NCBI RefSeq assembly: GCF_001194135.2
Contig: NC_068986.1
Coordinates: forward strand, 81,789,001 to 81,853,000
Direction of reading: 5' to 3'
Length of the DNA: 64,000 nt
DNA from: Octopus bimaculoides
Lineage: Eukaryota
Made by a program: the position numbers and the translations under genes
Notes under the pieces: model-generated
Database searches by the model: none
What the model was told of the DNA's origin: nothing
Seen by the model: only the letters and a program-made list of their open reading frames with translations
Shown: piece after piece, positions 51,230-63,774 of the stretch
Position numbering within the stretch: the stretch's first letter is position 1
Layout of the letters: the number at the start of each line of letters is the position of its first letter

Positions 51230-52817
51230 TCCTTCTGGCTTCACATTCTGAGTTCAAATGTTGCCAAGGTTGATTTTACTTTCATATTTTTGAGGGCCAA
51301 TAAGATGGCGAGCTGGCGGAAATGTTAGCACGCCGGGCGAAATGCTTAGCAGTATTTCGTCAGTCTTTATGTTCTGAGTTCAAATTCCACCGAGGTCAAC
51401 TTTGCCTTTCATGCTTTTGAGGTCAATAAATTTAAGTACCAGTTGTGTACTGAGGGCAATCTAATCGACTGGCCACCTCCCCAAAAATTTTGGGCCTTGT
51501 GCCTAGAGTAGAAAAGAACTTTGGGGGGTTAATAAAATAAGCAATAGCTGAACATTAAGGATAATGTAATCAACTAGCCCACTCCACCAAACTTTCAGGC
51601 CATGTGCCTGTAGTAGTAAGAAATGTTATTATTATTAAAGTGGTCGGCTGGCAAAAGTGTTAGCATGTCGGATAAAGTTCTGCTATGGTCAACTTTGCCT
51701 TTCATCCTTACAGAGTTGATAAAATAAGTATCAGTTGAGCACTGGGGTTGATGTGATCAACTTACTCCTCCCTGAAATTGCTGACCTTGTGCCAAAATTT
51801 GAAACCTTTATTATCATTATTATAATATCATGAAAACTCTCAGCTTTATTTTGCTGGGTATGATGGAAAGTGTCAGGTGCCCACAGCCAGCAGGCTAGAA
51901 TGTTAGCATGCCTGCAAAATGCTTAGTAGCATTTAATCTATCTTTATATTCTGAGCTCAAATTCTGTTGAGGTCAACTTTGCCTTTCATCCTTTCAGGGT
52001 CATTAAAATAAGGACCAGTTGACACTGGAGGTTGATGTAATCAACTAGCTCCCTTTCTTTAAAATTTCAGGCCTTGTGCATATAGAAGAAAGGATTATCA
52101 TTAATCGAAATTGAACCATACTCGATAACTGGTCACTGCACCAGTGGAGCACTAACAGCACTGTCGAGCATGTTCATTGCCAGAGCAGCTGTCTGGCTTC
52201 CGTGCTAGTGACCGTAAATAGCACCATTAGAGCGTAATCGTTACCAGTGTTGCCTTCTAGCACTTGTGCTAGTGGCACGTTAGAAAATCATTCGAGTGAG
52301 GTCATTGCCAGCGCTGCTGGACTGGCTCCCGTGCAGGTGGCACGTTAAAAACACCTTTTGAGCGTGGCCGTTGCCAGTCCTTTGTGACTGGCCCTCATGC
52401 CGGTGGCAGGTAAAAGCACCCACTACACTCTTGGAATGGTTGGTGTTAGGAAGGGCATCCAGCTGTAGAAACTCTGCCAGATCAGATTGGAGCCTGGTGC
52501 AGCCTTCTGGCTTGCCAGCCCTCAGTCAAATCGTCCAACCCATGCTAGCATGAAAAGCGGACGTTAAACAATGATGATGATGATGATGATGATTAATTAA
52601 GGCAGCAAGTTGGCAGAATGGTTAACAAGCCAGACAAAATGCATCTAAGCATTTTGTCTGTCTTTACATTCTGAGTTCAAATTCCACTAAGGTTGACTTT
52701 GCCTTTCATCCTTCAGTGTTGATAAAATAAGTCCTACTCAAGCACTGGAGTCAGTGTAATCACCTAGACCCTTTCTTTAAAAATTACAGGTGTCGTGCCT
52801 ATGTAGAAAGGATTATT
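51230..52817 (+). mobile_element. Cluster of 5-6 same-strand copies of tRNA-headed SINE family 3
   Basis: Repeated gagctggcagaa.gttagca...ttctgagttcaaattc..ctgaggtcaactttgcctttcatcc...ccttgtgcct at ~51230, 51304, 51520 (partial), 51639, 51885 and 52600. Confidence 0.85.
52115..52592 (+). mobile_element. RTE-derived element with four ~65-nt internal subrepeats and (GAT)n tail
   Basis: Units of type gtggcacgttaaaaacacc..ttgagcgtggccgttgccag....gactggc; ends gcggacgttaaacaatgatgatgatgatgatgatgat. Confidence 0.9.
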
Positions 52818-53505
52818 TGTGTGTGCTTTTATTCTTCCTTCAGTTTTGTTTCTATTTCTTACTGATTATACGGTATATTGACCTTTTTGAGGCTTGTACT
52901 CAGGTGTCTTGGGATTTGTTTTCACATATTTGCACCAATGATATTTTATGTTTTTATTCCATTATATGCCCTTATTTGTATTTTACGATTGTGTGTGTAT
53001 GTGTATGTTGGTCTGCATTTGCACAACCACCACCATCATCATCTACTTCATGTTTATCACAATTATCATCCACTGTAATAGAATCATCACTCATAACTTC
53101 CGCTATCACCATGACTGTCGTCATCATCATCATCATCATTGCCACTTCCTGTTTACCATATCAACCTACATCACTACCACACCCAATTTTTCTTTCTTCA
53201 TCATTCATCACTGACATTAGCTCAGTACCATCACTACTACTACAATCTTCAACACCATCTACATACCACATCACCTTCATCACCACTACCATATTATCCC
53301 CTATGTGATCATCACAGGTATGGCCTTACTAACACATAACCTTCTGCCAACCCCCAGCCCAGAGTATATTTTCAACACTCCCATCATTTACATTTTAACA
53401 CTTCAACCATTTGGATGCCAACTTGTTCAGAACCATTTCTGGTTTTATAATGCCAAACCATTAAGTGTGAAGTTTTCCTATTTAAAATACAACCTTTTCT
53501 CTTAA

Positions 53506-54649
53506 CCCTTTTACTGTGGAAATCAGATATATATCCACTCAAAATTTCATTACCCTTAACTGTAGACAGCAGTTTTATATACCAGTCTAAAAGATGCATT
53601 CTTTTAGATCCTGGACTTTTGTAGGAGAGCCAGTTATAACTATCCTAGATTATTGTAATTACTATACATTTCTATACATCTAATAAGCTGACCTGCCAAC
53701 TTTCGTTATTCCAGATTGAGATGGCCGTAAGAGCACTTTGAACACTCCCTTCTAAACATTGCTTGTCACAGCTAACTGACTAGTTTGTAGAATGTAGTTG
53801 GAATGTTTGGAAGTTCATTATGCCATAAAGTTTTGTGTTAAACTGGGCAGCAAAAACATTACAGAAAATTATGAAATACTCTTGAATGCTTATGAATTAA
53901 CTTTTCACTGATGCAAGAATTTCAAGGATGATAGCAGAGAGGTGAAAGATTATGAGAGGTGTGGGAGGGAGAGAGGGATGTCAGTACATCAGAGCTGGTG
54001 GAGAAGATTCATAATTTTCCAGATGAAGACTGTTATGTGTCTATAAGGACAATAAGCATACTGTTTGTTGTTGGTGTGGCAGCTGTACACAAAATTACTC
54101 ATCAATATCTGAACATGTGTAATGTTTGTTCCCATGGTGCTCATTGATGAGCATCCTAGTAATCAACTACTTGATAGAGATGGGCATCAAAACTGTACTT
54201 CATCCTCCCTACAGTCCAGACCTTGCTCCCTGTGACTTTTGGTTATTCTCCAAACTGAAGGAGAACCTCAAGGACAAGTGTTTTGGAGATGAAGGAGGAT
54301 GTGACAAGGGTCCTAGTTACTTTCACTTTGGAGAACTTCTATGGAACCTTCACAAAGTTACTAGAGTGCTACAACAAGTGCACTGAAGTCAGCGGATCCT
54401 ACTCTAAAGGAGATTAGAGATTTTTACATGTTTAGAATTAATCAATGTCTCCTGAAAATGTCTGAAAAATTTCTGAAATTCACTTTGTATCTTTTGTTGA
54501 GAAATGTCATGTTTGAAACCATTTTCTGCTGAGATATGTCAAGTTTATTGAGGCAACATGACATGCAGAAAATACCAGTTCTGTTTTTTTAGTTGGTATT
54601 TAACATTAGTACTGGAATAACCATGAAATTTAGTTTTGCAGTTAAAGAG
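53506..54649. mobile_element. TTAA MITE (same family as 18926-19121) split by a mariner insertion
   Basis: Left half TTAA|cccttttactgtggaa...tataccagtc and right half tcttttgttgag...gaaaataccagttct...gcagttaaagag|TTAA match the two halves of the 18.9 kb copy. Confidence 0.85.
53590..54487 (+). mobile_element. Internally deleted Tc1/mariner transposon relic with TA TSD
   Basis: Translated remnants HYAIKFCVKLG (N-terminal HTH region), STSELVEKIHN...VSIRTIS and HPPYSPDLAPCDFWLFSKLKENLK (mariner YSPDLAP.D motif); TA at 53588 and 54488; degenerate TIRs. Confidence 0.9.
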
Positions 54650-55440
54650 TTAAATAGGTTTCCTATAGTATTGGGACACTAAAAGTGCTGTTATTCTTCA
54701 AATTCCCTTAAATTTTTGATTATTTTCAAAATTAATTAATCATACAGATCATATATTTTATTGGAAATATGGTCACAAAAAGAGTTAAACAGTATCTGGA
54801 ATAGGCTGATACTTTTTTCAATTTTCCTAATATTAAGACAGAAAGATATCATTCAGTGTACATCTAACTATAATTATCTGAAGAGAATCAACAGATAGAT
54901 AGCATTGCTAGGATTGTAAGATAAGTGAATCCAGAGACCAGATCTTCAATGACGTCACAACTATGATGAACAACAATGCAATTTAAATATGTGAAGACTG
55001 TTTTCAAACTGTTAGGCAGTATGTATGTATGTACATCAATATAGAAAAAGAAAATAATGATGCAGTAAAAATATATTCCATAAGTAATGTCAAAGATAAT
55101 TTGTGGCATGCAAAACTGATATCAGGAAATGTTTGAAGCTAAGCATGATATTAGTAAGTATTCCTAGAACAGGAATCTGTGACAACACCGAACGGTAAGA
55201 GCAGGTGCTGCTTAAGGGATATGCAAAAATAATCTGTAATAATTTATAGAAAACGTAAAGATAAGTAAAAATTTTAATAAAATGTATGAATAAATAATAT
55301 GTGTATGTATGTGCATTCGTCTGTATGTATTTATATCTAGTCTAAGAGCTGTAACCGTGTGCTTTTATTTACATGTATGCATTTATATCTTGTCTTAGAC
55401 CTTTGTGTGTGTTTTGTATGCATGTGATTATATCATATAG

Positions 55441-55480
<40 letters not shown>

Positions 55481-55844
55481 ATGTTCTTTTGTTTGTCTGT
55501 GTGTGTGTGTGTGTGTATTTTGTTTTATAACTTTTTATCAGTGTGTAGTGTGTATGTGTGTGTGTCTGAACACATTTACATATATTTATGGTTATATTTT
55601 CAGCAGTACATCAATATTTATGGATACACATCTATATGTATTTAAATTTATGCATCTGTGTGTGGGTGTGCGTGCGTGTGCTTACAGCTATATGCCAGTA
55701 TAATATATGTACTGATACATTTACATCTGAAAGGGTGTTTCTACATATATACATCTGCATGTCTGAGATTATACTTAGATATCTGTGTGTGTATATGCAT
55801 ACATATCTGTTTGCAGATATCTATTTGTATATGCCTATAACACA

Positions 55845-56005
55845 GCATGACTGAATGGTTATGAAGTTTGCTTCACAAACACAAGGTCCCAGGTTCAAGC
55901 ACACTACATGTCATCTTGGACTAGTGTCTTTTACCTTTGCCAGGGGTTGTTCTAAAGCTTTTGTGAGTGAATTAGGTAGACAGAAATTGTATGGAAGCCC
56001 ATCGA
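55845..56005 (+). mobile_element. tRNA-headed SINE family 1, diverged
   Basis: cagcatgactgaatggttatgaagtttgcttc...ccaggttcaagc...ttgtgagtgaattaggtagacagaaattg. Confidence 0.7.
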
Positions 56006-56454
56006 ATGCATTGCACTTGTATATCAAAGACCCAACCTTGTCACTCACTATGTCGCAATGATTCTGTGAGATGACATTAAGAGTACATGTCTCTATGGAA
56101 TACTCAGCCACTTATATGTTTATTTAACGATCAGGCAGCTCAGTTCAGTGAATAACTGAATCCTCCTCATCAAAACCAATGGACATCCATTTATACCTGT
56201 ATGTGTTTATAGATATATGTGCTTGTATGTATGAATGTATGTATGTAGTCATGCATGTATATGTATATATCTATACATGTATGCATTTGTTTCCCACTGC
56301 ATGACACTTTGGAGAAGTGTCTTCTGGTATAGCCTCAAGTTGCCCAAAGACTGTGGAGTGATTTGGTAGGAGGAAACTAAAAGAATCCTGTTGTATATAT
56401 GTTTGTGTGCGTGTCTATACATATGTATGTACGCATATATGTATATAGTGCCCC

Positions 56455-56730
56455 TAGACTGGCTCTTGTGCAGGTGGCACATAAAAGACACCATTTTGAG
56501 CGTGGCCGTTGCCAGTACCGCCTGACTGGCCTTCGTGCAGGTGACACGTAAAAGCACCCACTACACTCTCTGAGTGGTTAGCGTTAGGAAGGACATCCAG
56601 CTGTAGAAACTCTGCCAAATTAGATTGGAGCCTGGTGTTGCCATCCGGTTTCACCAGTCCTCAGTCAAATCGTCCAAGCCATGCTAGCATGGAAAGCGGA
56701 TGCTAAACGATGATGATGATGATGATGATG
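56455..56730 (+). mobile_element. Young RTE-derived short element
   Basis: gcaggtggcac...aaaagcacccactacactctctgagtgg...gcatggaaagcgg...(GAT)7. Confidence 0.92.
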
Positions 56731-57105
56731 CATGTACATATATATATATATATANNNNNNNNNNNNNNNNNNNNNNNNNNNNNNNNNNNNNNNNNNNNNN
56801 NNNNNNNNNNNNNNNNNNNNNNNNNNNNNNNNNNNNNNNNNNNNNNNNNNNNNNNNNNNNNNNNNNNNNNNNNNNNNNNNNNNNNNNNNNNNNNNNNNNN
56901 NNNNNNNNNNNNNNNNNNNNNNNNNNNNNNNNNNNNNNNNNNNNNNNNNNNNNNNNNNNNNNNNNNNNNNNNNNNNNNNNNNNNNNNNNNNNNNNNNNNN
57001 NNNNNNNNNNNNNNNNNNNNNNATATATATATATATATATATACACATATATATAAGTTAAAACTGATGAGTGCAATTACATTTATTTTCATATCATTGA
57101 CAGGT

Positions 57106-57136
<31 letters not shown>

Positions 57137-57546
57137 CACATACTAATAGTGTGCATTGAATAGGTATGTAGTCAAATCTTTCAATTTATCTTAGAAGTGT
57201 AGGTTGCATGGGTAGTAGTAATAAGTCCCAATTTATCCTAATAGTGTAGGTTTGATAAGCATGTAGTAAAGTGTCCTAACTCATCCTGGTAATAGTGGAT
57301 TGGCTAGTAAGGATGTAGTTGAGTACTGCCAAGTGTCCCCTAATGTAATCTTGACATTAACTCTACCTAACAAAGCTGGCCCCTTTCATCTACAGCTACA
57401 GCTCTGCAGGCTTTCACAGTTTCTGTCTCCCCAGTGTCACTTGAATTGATGCACACACACATACATGTACACTCACACAGACATACACTTGAAATTGTTT
57501 TATCTGTTGCTTCTGTAAATTCTTAAATTTCTCTTTTTCTCTTCAG

Positions 57547-57593
57547 GTGATGATGGAGATAACTTTTATGTCATCGACCAAGGTGAAGTTGAT
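57547..57593 (+). CDS. Pka-R1: PKA RI exon D (47 nt), start of cyclic-nucleotide-binding domain A, phase 1-0
   Basis: ttctcttcag|GT...GAT|gtaagt. Translates (G)DDGDNFYVIDQGEVD; GDNFYVI is a CNB-domain signature. Confidence 0.98.
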
Positions 57594-58759
57594 GTAAGTA
57601 CTCAAACTGTTTCCTTCTTTTATATATATCTATATATTTTATCAATCTTCACCATCACCAACATCATCATCATTCTTAAAACATCTTACCATCCTGCTTT
57701 TACAATACACAAAATCCATTGCCTGCCTCATATTCATGTTTGGGCCCTCATCAGAAATGCAGCAAATGAAAGACTAGAAAATGAGGCTTTTCAGTGCGTA
57801 GTCTAATGTAGACAAGATTTTCCCCCTTTCCCACTCCCAAGTCTCTCTCTCTCTCCTCTTCTGTTTGTCCCCCTCTGTTTCATTTCTCTGTCTTCTCCCT
57901 TTTTCTTTCTTTCTCTCCTGTAAGCTCTCTCTTTCTCTCTTCCTCCCTCTCTCTTCCTTCTCTCTATTCCTCTCCCTCTGTCTTTTCTATGTCTCCTCCC
58001 TCTGAGCTCTCTTTCTCTCTCTGCATTTAACTAAAGCAACTCCGGATTGTCTTACTGTGACTGACTTACTTGGATCTTTTGATGTGTGAATATAACTGTT
58101 AGAGGGTGGAGGTGGTTCTGGCTGGGTTGCTACTGAATTAATTTCACACAGACAAGTACACTACACTTGCCTTCACACACACACACACACACACACACGC
58201 ACGCACACACACACGCACACACACACACACACAATTCTTCAGCCTCTCTCTTTCTTTCACAGTTTTTTCTACCCATCTCTCTCTCTCTCTCTGCAATGCT
58301 AACACCCTCTGCACATACACACAATATATTCACTCACATCACCTATTTATAAATGCAGCTGTGTGAACTTTGAATTACTGGTTCTTGTCTCTTCATATTA
58401 CAGATTTCAAAGAATTCTTCAGTTAAAACAATTCTACTCAATCAAATTAAAAGTCATTTATGATTCAAGTATCTTTTATTTGATGTCTATTGTGCCTTTT
58501 CATTCTCATGTTTTTTTTATGTATCATCTCACTGCATCCTTAGAGAATTTACATCTGAAATAAAGCAATGATATTCTGTGGAAGCAACAAACCAAAATAG
58601 TCTAGTTTAATGAGAAAACCTGCTCTTACAACATCATAAATCGTGTGAAATCCTGTCAAATAAAGGTATTCATAAACAGCAGCAATAGATCATTGTTGTA
58701 ATAGAGAGAGGCAGCTTGTGGCACTGGTGGTCTTAATAAAACTGCAAAGCATCTTGTGG

Positions 58760-59760
58760 AGTAGTAGTCTATCTATAGCTGTCTAACTATTAACCATCTG
58801 CCAGTCTAATGGCTTAACTATAGCTCTCTAACTATAGACCATCTAGTAGCTGTCTAATTATAGATGTGGTCTATTTATAGCTGCCTAACTATAGATCAAC
58901 TAGCAACGTAGTGGTCTAACTATATCTAACTATTAATATATAGACCACCTAGCTGTCTAGCTATTAATATATCTAACTGTATAGTTAGCGATCTAACTAT
59001 AGATTATCAAATAGTTTATCTCTAGCTAACTACATAGACTATTTGGTTGTGTCTAGGTATAACTGCAGACCATTTAGCTGTATAGTGGTCTATCTATAGC
59101 TGTCATATGTGTTTGTCTAGCTGTATAGTTAGTGGTCTATTGATGTTTTTTCTTATGTCAGTTCAATTTTAGACAATCTCAATGTCTAGCTAAAGACATT
59201 ACGCATGTAGATGTTTCCCTGCTTAACTAAAGACATCTAGTCATGTGTAGTAGTCTATCCTTGATTATCAGGACATGTTTAACAGTAGACCAGTTTATTG
59301 GTCTGTCTATAACTTTCTAGTTATTGGTGTAATTTTATACAAACTAGTTATCTAGTGCTCTACCTATAACAATCTACCTATGTATTGTGTTATGGGCTCT
59401 CTGTAACTGCCTATTTATGTCTAATTGTTGACAATATTGTAATGTAGTGTTCCATCCTTTACCATCGAAGGTTGTCTAATTATAGACCATTGAATTATCT
59501 GTTAGTCTATCTCTTATTCTGATTTTCTACAGCTATATAAGTTTATCTATTACTTGTATGACTTCAGCATAGTAACTATCTAGCTCTATTGTAGTCTGTC
59601 TTTGACCACCTGCCTATGGTACATCTAGTTGCCTAACTGTTTAAGTAATTGTAATCTAGCAACTTCACCTTGTGATTATGGTCAGCTAGCAACTTGAACA
59701 TTTGTTATGTCTATCTAGTTGTTTGCCCCTCTAGCTATGGTCATCTCACAGAGTAGACTA
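58760..59760. repeat. Degenerate satellite rich in short palindromes (CTATAG, TAGCTA, TAGACC/GGTCTA)
   Basis: Recurrent ctaactatagaccatctag.tgt and gtggtctatctatagc; partial second copy at 60285-60556. Confidence 0.8.
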
Positions 59761-60284
59761 ATCACTTAGTTGTGTCTTGCCAGAATTTTTGTTTATTCAA
59801 GCCTCACATTCATTATTTGCTTTCTCCTCTATCTCAACTATTCTACAACCTCAACCTCAATTTTATCTTGTTCCCCAATGACTCCCAACTTTCTACTTCT
59901 CACTTTCTTTCCTTCACTCTGACCAACACCACCATCAATATCATTATCATCATCATCATAATCTTGTTTTAATTCCCTCATCTATAACCTACAACCTCAA
60001 TAATATTAGAATCGACAATCTTTGTCTTTTGACTCCACCCTATTGCTTCACTCAATATCTGAGTGAAACCAATAAAGAGAACATCTATTGCAGTCGTAGG
60101 CAACCTTCGTGCTTTGGGACTTTCTGAATGGCATGCTTAATGAAAAATTACCTTCAGTTTTTTAATAGTACAGTCCACCTGATGAGCTGTGTCTCATGTG
60201 ATCTGCTACTCAAGAAAGGTTGCCCATACCTAGTCTCTAGTCACTTAATCTGCTAAAAATAGCAGCCAAATTTCTGTCAGTGTA

Positions 60285-60556
60285 ATGGTCTAGCTATATC
60301 TAACTATATAGACCATCTAGTTGTCTAGCTATAGCTAACTGCATAGATTATCTAGTTGTGTACTGTTTAGGTCTAACTATAGATCACCTAACTGTAGAGT
60401 GGTCTATCTATAGCCGCCTTATGCATGTCTAGCTGTGTAGTGGTCTATTGGTGGTTTCTTTTTTCTGTGTCAGTTCAATTTTAGACTACCTCAATGTCTA
60501 GCTAAAGACATTTAGGTGTGTAATTGCCTGACTAAAGACATCTAGTCATGTGTAGA
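60285..60556. repeat. Diverged direct duplicate of ~58905-59250
   Basis: Shared tgtcagttcaattttagac.a.ctcaatgtctagctaaagacatt and actaaagacatctagtcatgtgtag. Confidence 0.85.
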
Positions 60557-61139
60557 TGTATTAAACAAAGAAGGGGACATTAGACAGTATATTCCTACAC
60601 AATCCTAAGCCGATGCAGTGGTCATGACTGGGTTACCTTTGACCGTAAGTTTGCTCAGTCAGGGTTAATCTGAGGTTTAAACAACAATAACTTGCCACGC
60701 CACCTTTTTTTTTTGCCTTTGTAGACATTGTGGAAACCATTTAATTATTGAAACAAACAGTACTACAAGCCTACCGTCATCATGATCACCATTGTCAGTG
60801 CCACCACCACCACAATCATCACCACGACCAAAACCATTACCACATCAGATTCTGTTAGAAATCAATTATCTCTAATAAACCAATCCCACCATTTCTTATA
60901 TTCTTCTAAATTCCTTTGTTGTTTTTGTTTGTTTAATTCCAATTCTTTTTCTTTCTTTCTTTTTTTCTTCCTTTCTTTTTTCCTTCTAAATGAGAAACAT
61001 TCAAATTTCCTGAGTATTATTGATATTTTGTGCAAGAATTTATCTGAGATTGAAACCTTATCCATATGTAAATATCCTCTAGGCTACCATGGTCATGTCT
61101 TTTGTATCAGTGATAGATAATGAGAAAATGAACATACTC

Positions 61140-61142
<3 letters not shown>

Positions 61143-61217
<75 letters not shown>
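61143..61217. repeat. (CT)n microsatellite followed by (TA)n
   Basis: About 37 CT units. Many other (CA)n, (TA)n and (GA)n tracts occur throughout, e.g. 9719-9782, 10687-10729, 18382-18425, 30315-30352 and 63690-64000. Confidence 0.95.
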
Positions 61218-61220
<3 letters not shown>

Positions 61221-61619
61221 GTATATATATATATATATAGCCTTTCTATCTCTATATCTACCAACCTCTCTCCCACAGGCTTCTTTCTGTCTGTCTATCT
61301 GTCTTCCTATCATCTCTCTATCTCTCTCTGTCTTCTCAATTGTTATTGTAAGCTGGTGCAGATTACTGTAACACTCTAGATACATTATGCTATTGAATTC
61401 ATTGTTGTGTGTGTCTTAGTTCAAAACCTGCCATAATATTTTCATCAATAAAATATACAATAACCATATTTATATTTAATAATAAATCATGGCTGTATCC
61501 AACAGCAGTATTATGGATTTAAACAGGTAGTTACATTGCACGTATTTAATTATTCTAAACTACAACCTTTTCTGTGTCTGGTCAAGCAAAGTATCTATGT
61601 TGTTGTAATCTATATTATG

Positions 61620-61830
61620 TTATATATGATGTTCACTGTTTTAGTAATAACTGTGTTATGCATATTATTCACTAGTTTACTAATAACTATTATATATAAT
61701 GTTCAATAGTTCAGTAACAAGTGTATGTTTAATATAATCTTAATTAGTCTAATAATAACTATGTCTTACATAATACTGTGCACTAGTTCAGTAATAACTG
61801 TTATATAATGTTCACTAGTTCAGTAATAAA
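61620..61830. repeat. Degenerate AT-rich tandem repeat, followed by a minus-strand RTE-tail insertion (61835-62010)
   Basis: Recurrent gttcactagttcagtaataact; the motif reappears at ~62369. Confidence 0.65.
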
Positions 61831-63083
61831 TATCATCATATGTGTTTTTTCCATGCTAGCATGGGTTGGACAGTTCAACAGAATCCAATCAACCACAAGG
61901 CTGTGATGAACCCTGGTGTCTGCTTTAGCATGGTTTCTATGGTTGGATGCCCTTCCTAATGCCATGTACTAGGTGCTTTTTTCATAACAGCAGCACTAGT
62001 GGGGTCAGCAAGTAGATTGCAAGTCAAAGAGAAGAAAATAAAAAGCCTCTTGATTGTGTGGGAGTGTACTTGAGAGAGGGGGTAGGTGTTTTTATGACAG
62101 GGGGTGAAGGCTAAAGTATGATTGAGGTGTAAGCACTGGTATCTTGCTATAGAGGAGATACATGTCCCTCTCACCAAACATTATATAAGGATAGTGGGAG
62201 TAGCTGGAAGGGAGATAAAAACGGTAGTAACAGGGTGCTGGAGTGTACTCTCAAGGTACAAGAAGGTGAGTATAAGAAAGAGTATAAACAGTGAATCAGG
62301 GAGAGGGAAGGAAAAGGTAGGTAATAGGAGTGTGAGAACAGAGTGATGGTTAGAGATGGGGCAATACTGTTCACTAGTTCACTCCCTGTATGTCATACAC
62401 AATATTGCCTTATAATTGGATACAAGCAGTCCTCCAGATTCATGTGTCCTACTTAAGTCTCTCTAGTGTGTATAAATAAGCAGTCCTTAAGCTTTTTCTG
62501 TTTAGCTTTGGTACTCTTTGAACTTTAAAAAATTTGAGGAGTACGAAAGACAAACAAATGAACCTCAAGGACAGCTTGTAGTAACTTCTGAACTCTTGGA
62601 ATATAATTCAAATTACAATTTGTTGACTCTGACTTGTAAGTAAAAGATAGAATTGAAAAAAGAAAACTGTTATATAACTATGTATTCAGTTTCTGCTTAA
62701 TAACTGTGAAGTAATTAATGTATAAATTATAATGTGTTAATTTAATCAGTGAACTTCTGTAACTTCCAGTGTGTTTTACAAGAGTGTATTCCTACAGTTT
62801 GCACCTGTTTCTTTGTGTGATGTGAAAATGAACATTTCTAATATTTCAAAAATAATTAGTTATAGTTTTTTCCTGTTTAATTAATACTTTTGCATCTATT
62901 GTCAGTGGCTCTCTATTGGGAGCATAGTTTGTCTTTTACTGATTTCACCCATTACACTGTGACCATATTGACACAACCTGCTAAGGTGTTAGTTGCTAAT
63001 TTCTGTTGGTTCTTCACATATTTTTCATCACACAACTGTCTTTTACTGTGTGTCATTATGTATATAATTTTATATTTGTAAAT

Positions 63084-63124
<41 letters not shown>

Positions 63125-63740
63125 NNNNNNNNNNNNNNNNNNNNNNNNNNNNNNNNNNNNNNNNNNNNNNNNNNATATTATAAATTAACTACCAACAATA
63201 ATTGGTAAGCTAACTTAAAAAATCATCACCAAAATAGCAGAAAAAAACGACAGTGAAGATATGCAGACTCTTCAAGAATCGATCCTTTTGGTAATATTAA
63301 TAATAATAAAGGAGTTACGACGCAAAAACGTATAAATTCAAAAGAACATATTTATCATCTTCAATATATATTTCAGTATAAAGAATTCATTAAGATGCTT
63401 AAATCAAAATTTCTTTACACATCATTCAGGAACAGATATAACATCAGAAAAAATACATTCCGTTTAAAAACACAAACCGTTCATGGCGAAAAAATTTCAC
63501 AATTACAAAAAACGAACAAAATTTTTAAAGTTTTAGCAAAAGGAACGCTATTACCTACATACAGGCATCCGCGTGTACGCCTGTATACACACGCACACAC
63601 GTTCATACGCACACACACGTTCATGCACGCACACACGTGCACTCTCACATGTATATATATGGATACACAAAGAAGCAAAGATCACAAGTCATAAACACAT
63701 ACACACACACACACACATAATACACACACACACATACATC

Positions 63741-63774
<34 letters not shown>

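Larger units (their letters stand above)
44815..57546 (+). other. Intron C-D of Pka-R1 (12,732 nt)
   Basis: GT..AG; split codon G|GT encodes Gly. Confidence 0.92.
5014..63174. other. Assembly gaps at 5014-5314, 13037-13051, 24196-24558, 25233-25563, 42297-42306, 50545-50793, 56755-57022 and 63125-63174
   Basis: N runs, about half of them bordering (TA)n, (CA)n or poly-C tracts. Confidence 0.99.

Noticed and set aside
4986-63188. Long ORFs containing X runs (near 5.0, 24.1, 25.2, 50.5, 56.7 and 63.1 kb)
   Set aside because: Artefacts of translating through N gaps.
63175-63560. CpG-containing AT-rich segment with a 99-aa Lys-rich ORF
   Set aside because: No recognisable motif or termini (left end in a gap); probably an unclassified young repeat.
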